A stretch of 64,000 nt of DNA from Bacteroidota bacterium (GTDB lineage: Bacteria > Bacteroidota > Bacteroidia > Chitinophagales > Saprospiraceae), in contig JAKOVW010000093.1 in assembly GCA_029781865.1 (NCBI GenBank), forward strand, positions 4,718-68,717. Direction: 5' to 3'. The position numbers and the translations under genes were made by a program. Positions 37,078-45,233 of the stretch are shown piece after piece. Position 1 is the stretch's first letter. Each line of letters starts with the position of its first letter. The notes beneath the pieces are model-generated. The model was given only the letters and a program-made list of their open reading frames with translations, was not told the origin of the DNA and made no database searches.

Positions 37078-37551
37078 CTATTGTTCGCCATCATTCTTGC
37101 GCATAAACTCAATGATATCCCTGGCTTGTTCTTTACTTACATTTTGATTAGGCATTCTTACCAAACAGAGTTCCAATAGCTTTTGCGCTTCCGGATCTTT
37201 TTCAAGCATCATATCCACATTGGTGATCATGTTCATGATCCAGGTTGGCGTACGTCTTTTAGTAACTCCGGCCCATCCGGGACCGACCAGTTTCTCACTG
37301 GTAAGTCGGTGACAAGCATTGCATTTTAAATCAAAAATGTTTTGTCCTCCCTTTACCATATCTGCATTTAATGGATTTTTAAATTCAATCTCGCCCTCTT
37401 TTATTTCAGTGCCATGTACTTCCGTTTGATTTTTGGCCAGATCCTGAATATCTACCGCTTTATAATCCTTTTTTACACCACCACTACAGGCCGATTGCAA
37501 TAAGCCAAATAAGAGTAACAAGGAGAACACATTTAAAATGTTGTTTTTCAT
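37078..37551 (-). CDS. Mono-haem c-type cytochrome (nosC-like electron donor)
   Basis: Signal/lipobox LLQSACS, a single CNACH haem-binding site and a distal Met context (VRMPNQ). Sits 26 nt upstream of nosZ on the same strand. Confidence 0.8.
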   Translation of the reverse strand: MKNNILNVFSLLLLFGLLQSACSGGVKKDYKAVDIQDLAKNQTEVHGTEIKEGEIEFKNPLNADMVKGGQNIFDLKCNACHRLTSEKLVGPGWAGVTKRRTPTWIMNMITNVDMMLEKDPEAQKLLELCLVRMPNQNVSKEQARDIIEFMRKNDGEQ

Positions 37552-37626
37552 TTTTCAGAATTTTAATTTGATAAAATATTTTTAATGACTAATAATAAAG
37601 GATATTCAAGTCTTTTAATAATAACT

Positions 37627-37634
37627 CAAAATTA
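37627..37634 (-). promoter_or_regulatory. Candidate -7 box (TAATTTTG on the minus strand) for the cytochrome c-nosZ transcript
   Basis: Plus-strand CAAAATTA is the reverse complement of a TAnnTTTG match, about 75 nt upstream of the cytochrome c ATG. Confidence 0.3.
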
Positions 37635-37714
37635 TTTTTGGAAAAATTTGGATTCAATGATAATGCTCAGTGAAGAACATGATAAATATCAGGGAACTAC
37701 TATTTGATGAAAAC

Positions 37715-37722
37715 TAGCTTTG
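37715..37722 (+). promoter_or_regulatory. Bacteroidota-type -7 box TAGCTTTG
   Basis: TAnnTTTG match ending 16 nt upstream of the Rrf2 gene ATG (37739). Confidence 0.45.
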
Positions 37723-37738
37723 CCTTTCTGAAATAGTA

Positions 37739-38188
37739 ATGATGTATTTTTCAAAATCATTTGGCTATGCAATACGTGGTATCCTGTATCTTGCCATGAA
37801 TGAAAGTGATTCTAGTAATAACATACAGTCGGATGAGCTGGCTGAACAACTGTCCATTCCCAAGTATTTCATGGCCAAATTGCTGAAAAAACTGGCAAAA
37901 GCTGAAATTATTAAATCCATTAAAGGCCCTTCCGGTGGATTTCATCTCATGCCGGGAACACTGGATAAAAAGTTAATTGACATTTTAAAGATAACCGATC
38001 CGAAAGATCCTTTTGACAAATGTATATTGGAATGGAAGCTTTGCAATGCCAAACAACCCTGCCCCATGCATCATCTCATTACCAAGTCTAAAAATGAATT
38101 GATTACCGTTTTACATTCCACTTCGATCTCCGATTTAATTGGAAACAAAGCCAATTTAAGAATACAATTATTGGATAAGGTGATCTGA
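37739..38188 (+). CDS. Rrf2-family transcriptional regulator with a three-Cys (Fe-S type) motif
   Basis: N-terminal wHTH (FGYAIRGILYLA..SDELAEQLSIPKYFMAKLLKKLAKAEIIKSIKGPSGGF). Also a C-x6-C-x5-C cluster followed by His (CILEWKLCNAKQPCPMHH). Confidence 0.8.
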   Translation: MMYFSKSFGYAIRGILYLAMNESDSSNNIQSDELAEQLSIPKYFMAKLLKKLAKAEIIKSIKGPSGGFHLMPGTLDKKLIDILKITDPKDPFDKCILEWKLCNAKQPCPMHHLITKSKNELITVLHSTSISDLIGNKANLRIQLLDKVI

Positions 38189-38286
38189 GAATGAAGTGAT
38201 TTAAACACAGCTTTGAAACTAATTTCAACTACATTTGCGAAAACAAAGTCCTTATTACACTTCTGGCTTATTTATTATCCTTATTC

Positions 38287-39060
38287 ATGGGCTTCATTCT
38301 TGGCCTTCTTGGAGCCGGAGGAGCTATTCTGACGATTCCCATACTTGTGTATCTCGTTGGAATGGATGCACAATTGGCGATTACCTGCTCTCTATTTATT
38401 GTATGTGTGACCAGCCTGACAGGTGGCTTTCGGTATATTTATTCTAAACAAGTTCATTTTGATTCTATTTATTTGTTTGGAATTCCATCTGTTATTGCTG
38501 TTTGGACGGTAAGAAAATTTGTTTTACCTGCTATTCCGGAAGATCTGATTCATACCGTATTTTTTAAATTGAGCAAATCATCTGCTTTACTATTCCTGTT
38601 TTCCATTCTGATGATGATAGCCGCATATAAGATGATTAAACCAGGTATTAAACATGATGAGAAAAACTATTCTGACCGGAGCAAACTTCCTTTTATACTC
38701 AACGGTATTTTGGTTGGCTGTATCACCGGTTTGCTGGGCGCCGGAGGTGGTTTTTTAATTGTGCCTGCATTAGTAATCATTCAAAAACTGGATTTTAAAA
38801 TTGCCGCAGGTACGTCCCTTTGCATTATTGCCATTAATTCTGCAATTGGATTTGTAAGTAATACCGAACATCTCCATGAAATGGACTGGTCCTTTTTGCT
38901 CACCTTTACCGGAATATCTGTAATTGGCATTTTTATAGGAAGCTATACCGCCACTAAGTATCCCTCTCAAAAATTAAAACCTGCTTTTGGTTACCTGTTG
39001 ATACTCATGTCTGTCTTCATTCTTGTCAAAGAATTATACGCAATTATGACTACTATGTGA
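38287..39060 (+). CDS. TauE/SafE-family (DUF81) anion exporter
   Basis: 257 aa and polytopic, with duplicated GxLGAGGxxxxxP motifs (GLLGAGGAILTIP, GLLGAGGGFLIVP). Confidence 0.8.
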   Translation: MGFILGLLGAGGAILTIPILVYLVGMDAQLAITCSLFIVCVTSLTGGFRYIYSKQVHFDSIYLFGIPSVIAVWTVRKFVLPAIPEDLIHTVFFKLSKSSALLFLFSILMMIAAYKMIKPGIKHDEKNYSDRSKLPFILNGILVGCITGLLGAGGGFLIVPALVIIQKLDFKIAAGTSLCIIAINSAIGFVSNTEHLHEMDWSFLLTFTGISVIGIFIGSYTATKYPSQKLKPAFGYLLILMSVFILVKELYAIMTTM

Positions 39061-39142
39061 TTTTTTCATTTAAATCCTGGAGCATACTGTACTGAGATGG
39101 ACTGGAGCTTTCGGGATCTTTAAAATTGTTGAAAAACATCGT

Positions 39143-39150
39143 TAACTTTG
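39143..39150 (+). promoter_or_regulatory. Bacteroidota-type -7 box TAACTTTG
   Basis: TAnnTTTG match about 100 nt upstream of the rhodanese ATG (39249). Confidence 0.35.
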
Positions 39151-39248
39151 CCAAAGGAAAATTAATTTCAACAAAATTCAAGCTGATTTGTATAATCTAT
39201 GCTTTTCAAGATTAGATTCATTTATTTTCAATTATTAAAACATTCATC

Positions 39249-39617
39249 ATGAAGCAAAATTTTTTTCTCATACTCATGTTGTTTCTGGGTTTATTTTCCT
39301 GTAAAAATGAGATTTCCGGACAGGCCAAAGGCAAAGATATTGAAACACAGTTCAAAAAGGATTCCGGTATCCTGGTAGATGTAAGAACGCTTGATGAGTG
39401 GAATGAAGGCCATCATAAAAAAGCCATCCATTCCGATTGGAACAGTGGCGAATTTAAAGAACAGTCAAAAAACTGGGATCCATCAAAGGCTTATTATCTG
39501 CATTGCGCAGCTGGTGTTCGTGCAGGTAAAGCAGCAGATTATCTGAAGAGTAAAGGCTTTAAAAAAGTCTACAATCTTGGTGGCTACGACGATGTGAAAA
39601 ATTTAAAACTAGAGTAA
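39249..39617 (+). CDS. Exported single-domain rhodanese (PspE-like sulfurtransferase), probable lipoprotein
   Basis: Lipobox GLFSCK, a rhodanese fold (VDVRTLDEWNEGH) and the active-site loop HCAAGVRAGKAA. Confidence 0.8.
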   Translation: MKQNFFLILMLFLGLFSCKNEISGQAKGKDIETQFKKDSGILVDVRTLDEWNEGHHKKAIHSDWNSGEFKEQSKNWDPSKAYYLHCAAGVRAGKAADYLKSKGFKKVYNLGGYDDVKNLKLE

Positions 39618-39625
39618 ATAAGTAC

Positions 39626-40837
39626 ATGCAAAAAACCTCATTTAACGTACGGGACACTCAAAAAAGAAATACTCAAGAACCTGAAAAAGCCATTCTTGTT
39701 GGCGTCATACTTCCCGATCAAAGCGAAGCTCTTGTAAACGAACATCTTGATGAACTGGAATTTCTTGCATTAACAGCAGGCGCTCAGGTAATCAAGCGAT
39801 TTACGCAAAAGCTTTCTGCAATCAACAGCCACTCCTTTATAGGTTCCGGTAAAATTGAAGAAATCAAAAAATACATGGAACACTTTCCTGTGGATCTCAT
39901 CATTTTTGATGATGATCTCAGTGGCAAGCAACAAAATCACCTGGAAGAAAAATTAGAAGTTAAAATTGTCGATCGCAGCTTTTTAATACTCGACATCTTT
40001 GCCAGTCGTGCACAAACCGCACAAGCCAAAACCCAGGTCGAACTGGCTCAATTGCAATATATCTATCCAAAATTGCGGGGGATGTGGTCACATCTCGAGC
40101 GCCAGCGAGGTGGTATCGGGATGCGTGGGCCCGGCGAACAGGAAATTGAAACAGACCGACGGATTGTAAAGGAAAAAATTTCTCTGCTCAAGAAAAAACT
40201 GGAAAAGATCGATCTCCAAAATATAACGCAAAGAAAAAACCGGGATGAAATGATCCGCGTCTCGTTAGTAGGATATACCAATGTTGGCAAGTCTACTTTA
40301 ATGAATGTACTTAGCAAGTCTGACTTGTTTGCAGAAAATAAATTATTTGCAACGCTCGACACCACAGTTCGAAAAGTCGTATGGGACGCAATGCCATTTT
40401 TATTATCTGACACCGTCGGTTTTATTCGAAAACTACCACATCATTTAATTGAAAGTTTTAAATCGACCCTGGATGAAGTCCGTGAATCTGATATACTCCT
40501 TCATGTGATCGACATATCTCATCCACAGTATCTCGATCATATTGAAACAGTAAATTCGACCTTAAAAGATATTGGAGCCGGAGACAAAAGTATGATTCTG
40601 GTTTGTAACAAAATGGATGCATACCGGACCAATCATTTTGATGATTTACTTGACATGGAAACGAAAAAGGAACTGGAAGAAGAATTGGTACAGAAAATGG
40701 AAAATTTGTTTCCCGGACCTGTGGTCTTTATTTCAGCAAAGTCTATGGAGAATATCAACCAACTGAAAACCCTGCTAAAGGAACACATTGCAAAGCAATA
40801 TCTGATCCGTTATCCTTATCGAGCAAAAACATGGTAG
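39626..40837 (+). CDS. hflX: GTPase HflX
   Basis: HflX N-terminal domain (ILDIFASRAQTAQAKTQVELAQLQY), G1 GYTNVGKST, G3 DTVGF and G4 NKMD. Confidence 0.9.
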   Translation: MQKTSFNVRDTQKRNTQEPEKAILVGVILPDQSEALVNEHLDELEFLALTAGAQVIKRFTQKLSAINSHSFIGSGKIEEIKKYMEHFPVDLIIFDDDLSGKQQNHLEEKLEVKIVDRSFLILDIFASRAQTAQAKTQVELAQLQYIYPKLRGMWSHLERQRGGIGMRGPGEQEIETDRRIVKEKISLLKKKLEKIDLQNITQRKNRDEMIRVSLVGYTNVGKSTLMNVLSKSDLFAENKLFATLDTTVRKVVWDAMPFLLSDTVGFIRKLPHHLIESFKSTLDEVRESDILLHVIDISHPQYLDHIETVNSTLKDIGAGDKSMILVCNKMDAYRTNHFDDLLDMETKKELEEELVQKMENLFPGPVVFISAKSMENINQLKTLLKEHIAKQYLIRYPYRAKTW

Positions 40838-41009
40838 TTTCGTTAGGGCTATACAACTATCAAATTGCAAATTGAAATTCTATAAATACTGAGAGATAGA
40901 ATTGATAACAATAAAGTGACCTCTTTGAAACTCATAGAACTTCATAGAAATCATAGATTTTTTTAATAGTTTAATGTGTTTCAATATGTTTGATGCAAAC
41001 TCATAACTT

Positions 41010-42104
41010 ATGAATTGGATAGAAAAGTACGCGAAACTTCTCGCCGGGTATTCTTTATACCTGAATGAAAACGAAAAAGTGTTTATCAGAAGTACTACCC
41101 TGGCTGAACCTTTGCTCAAAGCTCTCTATAAAGAAATTTTACAAGCAGGTGCAATTGCCGAATTTGAAATGTCATTTGAAGATCAGGAATCCATTCTCTT
41201 AGAATACGGAAATGAAAATCAATTAAATTATCTTTCACCATCATACCAAGACGCCATTCAACATTTTGATGCGTACTTATTTATCCGTGCGCCTTACTCC
41301 TCAACCATACTTTATCAAACGGATGAAAACAAAAAGAAAATCAGAATGGCTGCGACAAGTCCATTTGACAAATTGTATTTTGAGCGTCTTGGCAATGGCA
41401 CATTAAAACGAAGTTTGTGCCAGTATCCGACTGCTTATTCAGCACATTTAGCAGATCTTTCACTGGATGCATATTCAGAATTTATTCAATCTGCATGTTT
41501 TCTTGATCGCGAAAATCCTGCTAGCGAATGGAAAAAATTATCGGAGATGCAACAATCGATTGTTGACTATTTAAATCACTGCGATAAGATTAGTTATAAA
41601 CATCCAAGCTTTGAAATATCCTTTTCGGTAAAAGGCAGAAAATGGATCAATTCCGATGGCAAATCAAATATGCCCTCCGGCGAAGTATTTACCAGTCCGG
41701 TTGAAGATTCCGCACAGGGCGAAATTTATTTTAACTATCCCAGCATAATGTGGAATCAGGAAGTTTCCGGTGTTCGGTTAATTGTCAAAAAAGGTGAAAT
41801 TATTCATTGGTCTGCTGAGCAAGGCATGGAAATACTGGACAAAGTATTTAGCATTGAAGGAACCCGCAGGTTTGGTGAAGTAGCAATAGGCACAAACCAA
41901 AATATACAAAGACCTACGAAAAATATTTTATTCGATGAAAAGATAGGCGGTACAGTTCATATGGCTATCGGACAATCCTATCTGCAAACCGGCGGGAAAA
42001 ATATATCGTCCATTCATTGGGATCTCATAACTGAAATGAGAAATGGGGGTGAGATCATCGCTGATGGAAAACGAATCTATGAGAATGGGAAATTTCTTAT
42101 CTGA
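41010..42104 (+). CDS. M29-family aminopeptidase (AmpS/PepS-like)
   Basis: 364 aa. The N-terminus (KYAKLLAGYSLYLNENEKVFI) and C-terminal blocks (NMPSGEVFTSP, GGTVHMAIGQSY, IHWDL) are typical of M29. Confidence 0.8.
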   Translation: MNWIEKYAKLLAGYSLYLNENEKVFIRSTTLAEPLLKALYKEILQAGAIAEFEMSFEDQESILLEYGNENQLNYLSPSYQDAIQHFDAYLFIRAPYSSTILYQTDENKKKIRMAATSPFDKLYFERLGNGTLKRSLCQYPTAYSAHLADLSLDAYSEFIQSACFLDRENPASEWKKLSEMQQSIVDYLNHCDKISYKHPSFEISFSVKGRKWINSDGKSNMPSGEVFTSPVEDSAQGEIYFNYPSIMWNQEVSGVRLIVKKGEIIHWSAEQGMEILDKVFSIEGTRRFGEVAIGTNQNIQRPTKNILFDEKIGGTVHMAIGQSYLQTGGKNISSIHWDLITEMRNGGEIIADGKRIYENGKFLI

Positions 42105-42273
42105 TTATTATTTGACATGAGCAATACAATTTCCATAGAATCGCAAGCTCAATTCGTACTAAAATTCAAAAAATAATTTTTAGGATCTGCTTTCCGGAAA
42201 CTAGATTTAATCCAATATAGATTCTTTACGTTGACTTTTTATTCAATAGAAAATTTTAACCCGGTTGCCTGCA

Positions 42274-43269
42274 TTAATGCTTATGAATGCCTCGATGTTT
42301 TTTATACCAGTCCACCGTCCGCCTTACAGAAGTTTGAAAATCTGCCACCGGCTTATATCCCAGGATTTTATTCGCTTTAGCTACTGAAAAGTGATAATCT
42401 TTTCCTGCATTATTAATGCGATATCTCGTTAGCAACGGTGCCTTTTTAATTCGCAATGCTTTATAGCTTAGCTCCATTAAATATGCGATAAAATAAATAA
42501 ACAGAAATGGAATGGATCTCCGCGTTGGTTTTATATTTAATTCCTGTGACAGCGAATCGGTAAATTCTTTCCAGGCAATTTCCAGCCCGTCAGTAATAAT
42601 AAATGTTTCACCGTTAGCGCCGGGATGGAAACAAGCCAGCTCGATGCCGTGAACCAAATTTTCAATGTACGTCGGACAAGTCAATGATTTTCCTTTATTT
42701 ATGTAAACGAACTGTCCCTTGCGAATAAGATCGAGATAAGGAGCGATAAATTTTTCATCACTTGGTCCGAACACATTTCCAGGCCGTACGATCACTATTT
42801 CCATTGACGTTTGCTTTGCATATTCATTCAGCCAGGTTTCCGCTGCTATTTTAGACTGGCTGTAGGCCACTTCTGATTTTACCATTGCCCGTTCTTCTGT
42901 TCCATTTTTAAAGTCAAAACCATGAACGGCCACAGAACTTATTTGCACAAATCGCTTTACACCGGATACGGATGCCAGCGTTGCCACATATTGCGTTCCA
43001 TTCACATTGCTTTTTTCAAAATGGGAATAGGGTCCCCAATCTATCACTGCTCCTGCTGTATGGATAACTATATCAATTCCGTCAAAAATCCCCTTTAAAC
43101 TATCCGGATTGGTAATATCACCATACTTCAGTTGAATGTCAATTCCACGGAGTAAATCAAGATTAGCGTTTTTTCTAACCAATCCAAAAACTTCATGCTG
43201 TTTCGTCAGAAAATGCAAACACGTTCTGCTGCCAATAAATCCGTTTGCACCTGTAACCAGAATTTTCAT
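42274..43269 (-). CDS. NAD(P)-dependent epimerase/dehydratase-family (extended SDR) reductase; candidate 3-ketosphingoid/ceramide reductase
   Basis: GANGFIGS Rossmann motif and YSQSK catalytic Tyr-x3-Lys. It is the last gene of the spt-like operon; the functional assignment is contextual. Confidence 0.7.
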   Translation of the reverse strand: MKILVTGANGFIGSRTCLHFLTKQHEVFGLVRKNANLDLLRGIDIQLKYGDITNPDSLKGIFDGIDIVIHTAGAVIDWGPYSHFEKSNVNGTQYVATLASVSGVKRFVQISSVAVHGFDFKNGTEERAMVKSEVAYSQSKIAAETWLNEYAKQTSMEIVIVRPGNVFGPSDEKFIAPYLDLIRKGQFVYINKGKSLTCPTYIENLVHGIELACFHPGANGETFIITDGLEIAWKEFTDSLSQELNIKPTRRSIPFLFIYFIAYLMELSYKALRIKKAPLLTRYRINNAGKDYHFSVAKANKILGYKPVADFQTSVRRTVDWYKKHRGIHKH

Positions 43270-43357
43270 TTATATAATTTAGTAATTTCTGCTTTAATTC
43301 TTATCGTTGATATACCAACAATGAACTATGTCAACTTTTTTTGATAAAATTTTCAGA

Positions 43358-44080
43358 TTAAAAAACAATACCTGACTGCTTCAATACAAAATAATCAGTC
43401 AATACTCCGATTGTGATATGCATAAACCATACGTACCAGATAGACCTGGTTTGTATAGCAATATATCCAAAAACAATTCCCGCTGCGATGGATCCCAATG
43501 TTTCGCCTTCCGGCTTGCCCAAATGAATTAAGCAGGAAGAAATGGTTTGAATTAAAATGGCAGAAGCAATCCCAAATTCTTTTTTCAATCCAAAAAGTAA
43601 AAACCCCCGAAAGAAAAACTCCCAGGCAATATAATACAGAAGGATATACAATAATTCATATTGCCAAAAAGAACTGCTATCCCGAAATAATGATCTTGCC
43701 ATTGGATATTCTGCACGTATATCAGGCATCTGTGCAGCAAACCAGATCAATGGTACAATGACGAGCGGAACAAAAATGGCCAGTAACTTTAAACCCAATT
43801 TATAATTTCCCAGACCCAGCCCGAAATCCGCAAGAGGCTTTTTCACCACAAATAACAAGTAAGACAGTGGTATTAAGCCAACCAACAAGAAAAACAAAGA
43901 GAACTTCCAGTATTGAACAAACAAATCAAGGGATGGATGACCGGTATAGCCCGGGAACAGACTTAGAAATTGCTGCCCGGTATTATGATAGTAATACAGA
44001 CTTAGTAAAACGGGTGCACACAAAAGGTACACAAAGGTATGTGAAAAGCTGAATGTACTTTTTGTTTCCATTCTGTTCAA
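43358..44080 (-). CDS. CPBP-family intramembrane glutamic endopeptidase (CAAX-protease-like)
   Basis: Polytopic protein with motif 1 AWEFFFRGF (EExxxR-type), motif 2 SSCLIHLG and a downstream FMHITIG His. Confidence 0.75.
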   Translation of the reverse strand: MNRMETKSTFSFSHTFVYLLCAPVLLSLYYYHNTGQQFLSLFPGYTGHPSLDLFVQYWKFSLFFLLVGLIPLSYLLFVVKKPLADFGLGLGNYKLGLKLLAIFVPLVIVPLIWFAAQMPDIRAEYPMARSLFRDSSSFWQYELLYILLYYIAWEFFFRGFLLFGLKKEFGIASAILIQTISSCLIHLGKPEGETLGSIAAGIVFGYIAIQTRSIWYVWFMHITIGVLTDYFVLKQSGIVF

Positions 44081-44092
44081 TAACTGAATGCC

Positions 44093-45220
44093 TTAGGCAA
44101 TTGATTTCCTGAAGATCCGGTATTTTTTTTCAACAATACCTCCTGCTTTGATCAGTGCCTGGTTCATTTCCGGATTATTCTCAAGTATCCAGGATGCTTC
44201 TCCGGTTTCGAGGTAAGGATGTTTTTGGACATAGTCAAAACTTCTGGCATAGAAATACGCATCAATTCCCAATTTTCTGTATTCCTCCAGCACACCCAAA
44301 GCTATGACCCTTGTATTTTTTATTTTCCCTTTATTGAGCAGCAGTTTAAAAATGCCGAATGGCAATAATCGTCCTCTTTTTATTTTGATCTGAACTTCAT
44401 TGATGTCCGGAAGAGTAAGAGAAAATCCGATCACCTGTCCATCTTTTTCTGCAAGCATAACCAATTCAGGATCGATTATCATTTTCATGTCCTTTGCTGC
44501 ATGCAAAAATTCTTTCTCACTCATAGGAGTGTATCCCAAATTTTTACTCCATGCCTGATTATATACGTGAACTGTGCTTTTTACATCATTGATGAAATTC
44601 TTCATATTGATCTTTCTCACCGTAATTCCCTTTCTTTCCAGTCTTTCTTTCAGCATGGGTGCTGATTGGCGGAGTCTTTCCGGAAATTTATTGGAGTCCA
44701 ATTTATATGCAAGCAGATCCATTTTCTTTTGCAAACCATATCGCTCCAGAAATGTCTGATAATAAGGTTTGTTATACGTCATCATTACTGCAGGAGGAAC
44801 ATCAAATCCTTCGATTAGTAAACCGCAGGTATGATTCACTGAAAAATTATAAGGCCCTTCAAGAAATTTCAGATTTTCATTTTTCAACCATTCGACAGCC
44901 GTATTTAATAATGCTTCTGCAACCTGGTAGTCATTGATAACATCAAAAAAACCAAAAACGCCGATAGGCTCTTTGGTAAAATCGATCATATTGTCATCGC
45001 GAACAGCAGCAATTCGCCCAACCACTTTACCATTGTCCTTTGCTAAAAACAACTGTGCTTTTGCCGTATCGAAAAAAGGATTTTTCTTTGGGTCCAGATG
45101 ATCGCGCTGGGCTATAAATAATTCAGGAACAAAATTGGGGTCTCCTTCATATAAATCATACACAAAATCAATAAACTCAGCGACCTCCTTTTTATTTTGA
45201 ACTGGCTGTATAACTAACAT
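44093..45220 (-). CDS. Large GNAT-superfamily N-acyltransferase; candidate sphingoid-base N-acyltransferase (bacterial ceramide synthase-like)
   Basis: 375 aa with two GNAT-like halves (..GKVVGRIAAV.. and ..VIALGVLEEYRKLGIDAYFY..). It lies 13 nt downstream of the alpha-oxoamine synthase gene. The functional call is by context. Confidence 0.6.
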   Translation of the reverse strand: MLVIQPVQNKKEVAEFIDFVYDLYEGDPNFVPELFIAQRDHLDPKKNPFFDTAKAQLFLAKDNGKVVGRIAAVRDDNMIDFTKEPIGVFGFFDVINDYQVAEALLNTAVEWLKNENLKFLEGPYNFSVNHTCGLLIEGFDVPPAVMMTYNKPYYQTFLERYGLQKKMDLLAYKLDSNKFPERLRQSAPMLKERLERKGITVRKINMKNFINDVKSTVHVYNQAWSKNLGYTPMSEKEFLHAAKDMKMIIDPELVMLAEKDGQVIGFSLTLPDINEVQIKIKRGRLLPFGIFKLLLNKGKIKNTRVIALGVLEEYRKLGIDAYFYARSFDYVQKHPYLETGEASWILENNPEMNQALIKAGGIVEKKYRIFRKSIA

Positions 45221-45233
45221 CTGAACATGTTGA

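Noticed and set aside
37683-37694. Short inverted repeat TGATA-aa-TATCA in the nos/Rrf2 divergent region, considered as an Rrf2 operator
   Set aside because: The arms are only 5 bp and do not resemble the IscR or NsrR consensus sites I can recall, so it is indistinguishable from chance.
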